Part shown: positions 60,719 to 64,000 of the stretch, piece after piece
Layout: each line of letters starts with the position of its first letter
Position numbering within the stretch: position 1 is the stretch's first letter
Source of the DNA: a candidate division WOR-3 bacterium
Lineage (GTDB): Bacteria > Hydrothermota > Hydrothermia > LBFQ01 > DSFT01
Reading direction: 5' to 3'
DNA length: 64,000 nucleotides
Assembly (NCBI GenBank): GCA_039802865.1
Contig: JBDRXL010000002.1
Coordinates: 39,826-103,825 of the forward strand
The notes under the pieces: model-generated
The model's input: the letters and a program-made list of their open reading frames with translations, nothing else
Database searches by the model: none
Told to the model about the DNA's origin: nothing
Made by a program: the position numbers and the translations under genes

Positions 60719-62212
60719 TTGGTTATCCTTCCATATTTTATAGATAGTGTTTGGATATTTAAGGATAATGCAGGGAATATATTATTCAAAAGTAAAGAAA
60801 AGTTTAGTTATGTCTCTGCTTTTGTTAATAATGTTGCAAGGTTTAATATAAATGGTAAATGTAATATTATGGATGAATGTGAAGGTGGTAAATGGGGAAT
60901 TATTGATCATAAAGGGAGAATTTTAATAAATAATTTGGATTGGATTGGAGATTTTGTTGGAGATTATGCAATTTTTCAAAAAGATTATAAATTTGGATTA
61001 ATTAGAAAAGATGGTAGAATAATAATTCCTGCCAAACTTGAAGAAATAATAATAATTGATGAGAATTTTATATTTTATAGGGTTGGAGATAAATGGGGAA
61101 TAGCAAATGGTAAAGGTGAAATACTATTTCCAAGTGAGTTTAATGGATTTATAAAAATTAATGATTCTTTATTTTTATTAACAAAAGGTGGAGAATGTGA
61201 TATTTTTAATAGATGTGAGGGTAGTAAATATGGGATAATATCAAAGAGTGGTAAATTTTTAATTCCTTTGAGATTTGATGGAATTGGAGAAATAAAGGAT
61301 AGTTTTGTAGAAGTAAGTTATGATGGGCTTTGGGGACTTATGAAATTGAATGGTAGGCTTATAATTGACACAAAATTTGAAGATATTTTATATTTTAAGG
61401 GCTTTGTATGGTTTAAAGAAAATAATAAATGGGGTTTAATGGATTTAAATAAAAAAACAATTTTAAAACCAAGCTTTTTTGATGTTTTACCACTTGGAAA
61501 TATAGAATTTTTAAAATTTAAGTTGGATGATAAGTGGGGTATTATTAGGAAAGATGGAAAAATAATTTCTGATGCAAAATTTGATAATATTATTTATCTT
61601 GGTGATGAGTATTTTTTGGTTGAAAGAAATAATTTAAAGGGGGTTATGGATACAGGTGGAAGTTTTGTAATTCCTATTAATTTTAAAGATATTTCATATA
61701 ATAGTGGTAGATTTGCTTTCTTTGATGGAAGGTTTTGGATGTATAAAAATATGAAATTTGAATATGTTGAAATTTTAGGAAATATATTGCTTGCTCAAAA
61801 TGGAAGTTTATTTGGAATTGTTGATAGTTTTGGGAATGTTATTTTGGATTTTCATTATGATAGTATAAAAATTGTAAAAAATTTCATTTTGGCAAAGAAA
61901 AATGATAGGTGGATAATTTTTGATAAGAAATTTAATAAAATTGTTGAAAATGTTGATAGTTTTGAAATAAATGATAAATTTTTGAAATTTAGGAAGTTAA
62001 ATAAATGGGGGATTATTTATGATGAAAATAATATATGGGAAGCAGTTTTTGATTATATTGATAATGAAGATGAGAATGGAATAATAAGAGTTGTAAAGGA
62101 TGGTAAGTTTGGACTTTTAAAAGATGGAAAAATGATAATTGAGCCAAAATATAAATTCATTTATAGATTTTACAAAGATATTTATAAGCTCATTCTTGAA
62201 AATTCATTTTAA
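60719..62212 (+). CDS. WG-repeat protein
   Basis: Many ...KWG(I/L)I...G.ILI...F... repeats. Confidence 0.7.
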   Translation: MVILPYFIDSVWIFKDNAGNILFKSKEKFSYVSAFVNNVARFNINGKCNIMDECEGGKWGIIDHKGRILINNLDWIGDFVGDYAIFQKDYKFGLIRKDGRIIIPAKLEEIIIIDENFIFYRVGDKWGIANGKGEILFPSEFNGFIKINDSLFLLTKGGECDIFNRCEGSKYGIISKSGKFLIPLRFDGIGEIKDSFVEVSYDGLWGLMKLNGRLIIDTKFEDILYFKGFVWFKENNKWGLMDLNKKTILKPSFFDVLPLGNIEFLKFKLDDKWGIIRKDGKIISDAKFDNIIYLGDEYFLVERNNLKGVMDTGGSFVIPINFKDISYNSGRFAFFDGRFWMYKNMKFEYVEILGNILLAQNGSLFGIVDSFGNVILDFHYDSIKIVKNFILAKKNDRWIIFDKKFNKIVENVDSFEINDKFLKFRKLNKWGIIYDENNIWEAVFDYIDNEDENGIIRVVKDGKFGLLKDGKMIIEPKYKFIYRFYKDIYKLILENSF

Positions 62213-62239
62213 TATTACAAGCTTTAAAATTATCAAGCT

Positions 62240-62833
62240 ATGTTGAGTTTCATGATAACTTTAACCGCAAATGAGATTTTAGAAAATACCATGAAAAGTT
62301 GGCAGAATGTAAAAGATTATAGCTCTGTTTTATATTCTTGGACAGCAAAGGATAAAGAGGTGGAATTAAAGGAATATCAACATAGATATTTAAGTCCAGG
62401 ATATATATATCTTAAAGTTATAAAAGGTGGTTCTGGTGAGGCCTGTTATGACCCAAATACAAAGAAGGCAAAAGGAAGAAAATTTGGAATAACTTTAACC
62501 CTTGACCCTGAAACAGATAAGCGCATACAATCAATAAGGGGTGATAGGATTTATCATGCTGGAATGTTGAAAACTATTGAAAGGATTAAAACATATAAAG
62601 ATATTCAACTTATTGGTGAGAAAACAATTGATAATATAAAAGTTTATGAAATATCTGCAAAAATTGAACCATCTCAAAACTTTTTAGCAGATAAAGAAAT
62701 TATTTTTATAAGGCAGGATAATTTCTTGCCATATGGATATATTCAATATAAAGGGAATATAAAGGTTAAAGAAGTTTATTGGAGGAATTTGAAAATAAAT
62801 AATGGATATACACCAAAAGATGTATGTTTTTAA
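62240..62833 (+). CDS. Hypothetical protein, possibly LolA-like lipoprotein-sorting fold
   Basis: Weak pattern only. Confidence 0.3.
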   Translation: MLSFMITLTANEILENTMKSWQNVKDYSSVLYSWTAKDKEVELKEYQHRYLSPGYIYLKVIKGGSGEACYDPNTKKAKGRKFGITLTLDPETDKRIQSIRGDRIYHAGMLKTIERIKTYKDIQLIGEKTIDNIKVYEISAKIEPSQNFLADKEIIFIRQDNFLPYGYIQYKGNIKVKEVYWRNLKINNGYTPKDVCF

Positions 62834-63204
62834 TAGCTCTATTACCATTTCAAGTTCAAAAAATTGAAATAAATGGTAAATTATTATTTGTTGAAATAGC
62901 TGATGATGATAATAAAAGAGCATTAGGTTTAATGTATAGGAAATATTTGCCTGATAGTATGGGGATGTTGTTTATATTTGATAGTGCTGGTATATATCCA
63001 TTTTGGATGAAAAATACTTATATTCCACTTTCTATTGCTTTTATTGATGAAAATTTTACAATTATTGATATTTTGGATTTAGAACCACTTGATGAAAGAC
63101 CTATTTTCCCCCTAAAAAAATTTAAATATGCTTTGGAAGTTAATAGAAATTGGTTTAAAAAGAATAATATAAAAGTTGGTGATAAAGTGAAAATAGGACA
63201 TTAA
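62824..63204 (+). CDS. DUF192 protein
   Basis: ALGLMYRKYLPDSMGMLFIF...PFWMKNTYIPLSIAFID typical of DUF192/COG1430. Confidence 0.65.
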   Translation: MFLIALLPFQVQKIEINGKLLFVEIADDDNKRALGLMYRKYLPDSMGMLFIFDSAGIYPFWMKNTYIPLSIAFIDENFTIIDILDLEPLDERPIFPLKKFKYALEVNRNWFKKNNIKVGDKVKIGH

Positions 63205-63228
63205 TATTATCCTTTAAAATTTCAAACT

Positions 63229-63612
63229 ATGAAAAACTTTATAATTTTATTTTTAATTTCAGGATGTGCCCTTTTTACAACTTCTGAAAGTGTAAATGAT
63301 AATGAGAAGGAGCTAACACCAGGTATAATAAAGAAAGAATTGAAAGCTGGTTTATCAAGTGCAGAAGTAATTCAAATTCTTGGTTCTCCTAATATTATAA
63401 CAGTAAATAGTGAAGGTAAAGAAGTTTGGGTTTATGATAGAATATCTGCTGAGGTTGAGACAAAAAGTGATGAAGTATATGGCACAATTCTAATTTTAGG
63501 TTTTGTATCTAAGAAAACGAAGACTGTAAAAACTCAAAAAACACTTACAGTTATTATTACTTTTGATAATGATAAGGTTGAAAGTTTTTCTTATCATTAT
63601 TCAAAGTTTTAG
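63229..63612 (+). CDS. Small lipoprotein, unknown function
   Basis: Lipobox LISGC. Confidence 0.5.
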   Translation: MKNFIILFLISGCALFTTSESVNDNEKELTPGIIKKELKAGLSSAEVIQILGSPNIITVNSEGKEVWVYDRISAEVETKSDEVYGTILILGFVSKKTKTVKTQKTLTVIITFDNDKVESFSYHYSKF

Positions 63613-63615
63613 AAT

Positions 63616-64000
63616 ATGAAGAGGATTTTAAACTTAATAATTACGCTTATTTTCTTTAATGCTTGTGCTACTAAAACTCAAACTCCAAAAAGCCAGCTTG
63701 AAATAAGGGAATTTCAAACACGATATTTTGAAGTAAATGATAAAAACATCCTTACAAAAGCAATTGTAAATACACTATTAGATGAAGGATATATTATAAA
63801 AAATGCAAATACGGAGCTTGGTATAATTACAGGAGAGAAGGGTGGAGATGTTAAAGAGAAGGTTAAAGAAGATTCACAAACAAATCCCTGGGGACTTCTT
63901 ATAGTTGGCGCATTAATTATTATTACGCTTGGCATTATTCTTCTTGTAAGTAAAGATAAGGATAATAGTGGGGGTAATAATAATAGTGGGAGTGGTAGTT
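63616..64000 (+). CDS. Lipoprotein, unknown function (3' end beyond window); not in ORF track
   Basis: ATG 63616, MKRILNLIITLIFFNACA lipobox; open to window end; the listed minus ORF 63714..63935 is antisense to it. Confidence 0.5.
   Translation, partial: MKRILNLIITLIFFNACATKTQTPKSQLEIREFQTRYFEVNDKNILTKAIVNTLLDEGYIIKNANTELGIITGEKGGDVKEKVKEDSQTNPWGLLIVGALIIITLGIILLVSKDKDNSGGNNNSGSGS

Noticed and set aside
63714-63935. Minus-strand 73-aa ORF from the track
   Set aside because: Antisense to a plus-strand lipoprotein ORF (ATG 63616, lipobox FFNAC) that runs to the window end. The minus ORF peptide is low-complexity.

Overview
Chromosomal window from an AT-rich (about 30% GC), tightly packed bacterial genome, probably a thermophile (inference). 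About 65 genes are called from protein motifs I can read directly. Housekeeping genes: icd (3' part), gap, lgt, pgeF, coaE, mutL, pdxS, speH, hisC, yggS, gyrA, thiolase, acd, pyrE, rfaE-type kinase, gcvT, htpX. Respiration: a caa3-type oxidase operon (coxBAC) and a ba3-type oxidase cluster (cbaA, cbaD, usp, cbaB), with a 36-aa cbaD missed by the ORF track. Envelope and secreted proteins: a heavy-metal RND efflux triplet (TolC-like gene apparently frameshifted), FadL-like and MlaD proteins, and hydrolases carrying T9SS-like C-terminal sorting domains (S8 peptidase, CocE/NonD). Two tRNAs are present: Met-CAU (+) and Asn-GUU (-). No CRISPR array, transposase or rRNA was seen. Main accessory signals: (1) a methyltransferase plus PD-(D/E)xK endonuclease pair embedded in the lgt-glycosyltransferase operon, with a DCD/YTH-like PUA-fold domain on the methyltransferase; (2) a 2.5-kb methyltransferase plus unknown-protein cassette inserted directly upstream of gyrA and bounded by 32-bp direct repeats that duplicate the gyrA promoter; (3) a 250-aa mini-intein in gyrA after the catalytic Tyr; (4) a recurrent CTTTAAAATTT element 5-9 nt upstream of operon-first start codons lacking Shine-Dalgarno, while internal genes have GGAGG; (5) a tRNA-Asn, roadblock/LC7, V4R-like operon.
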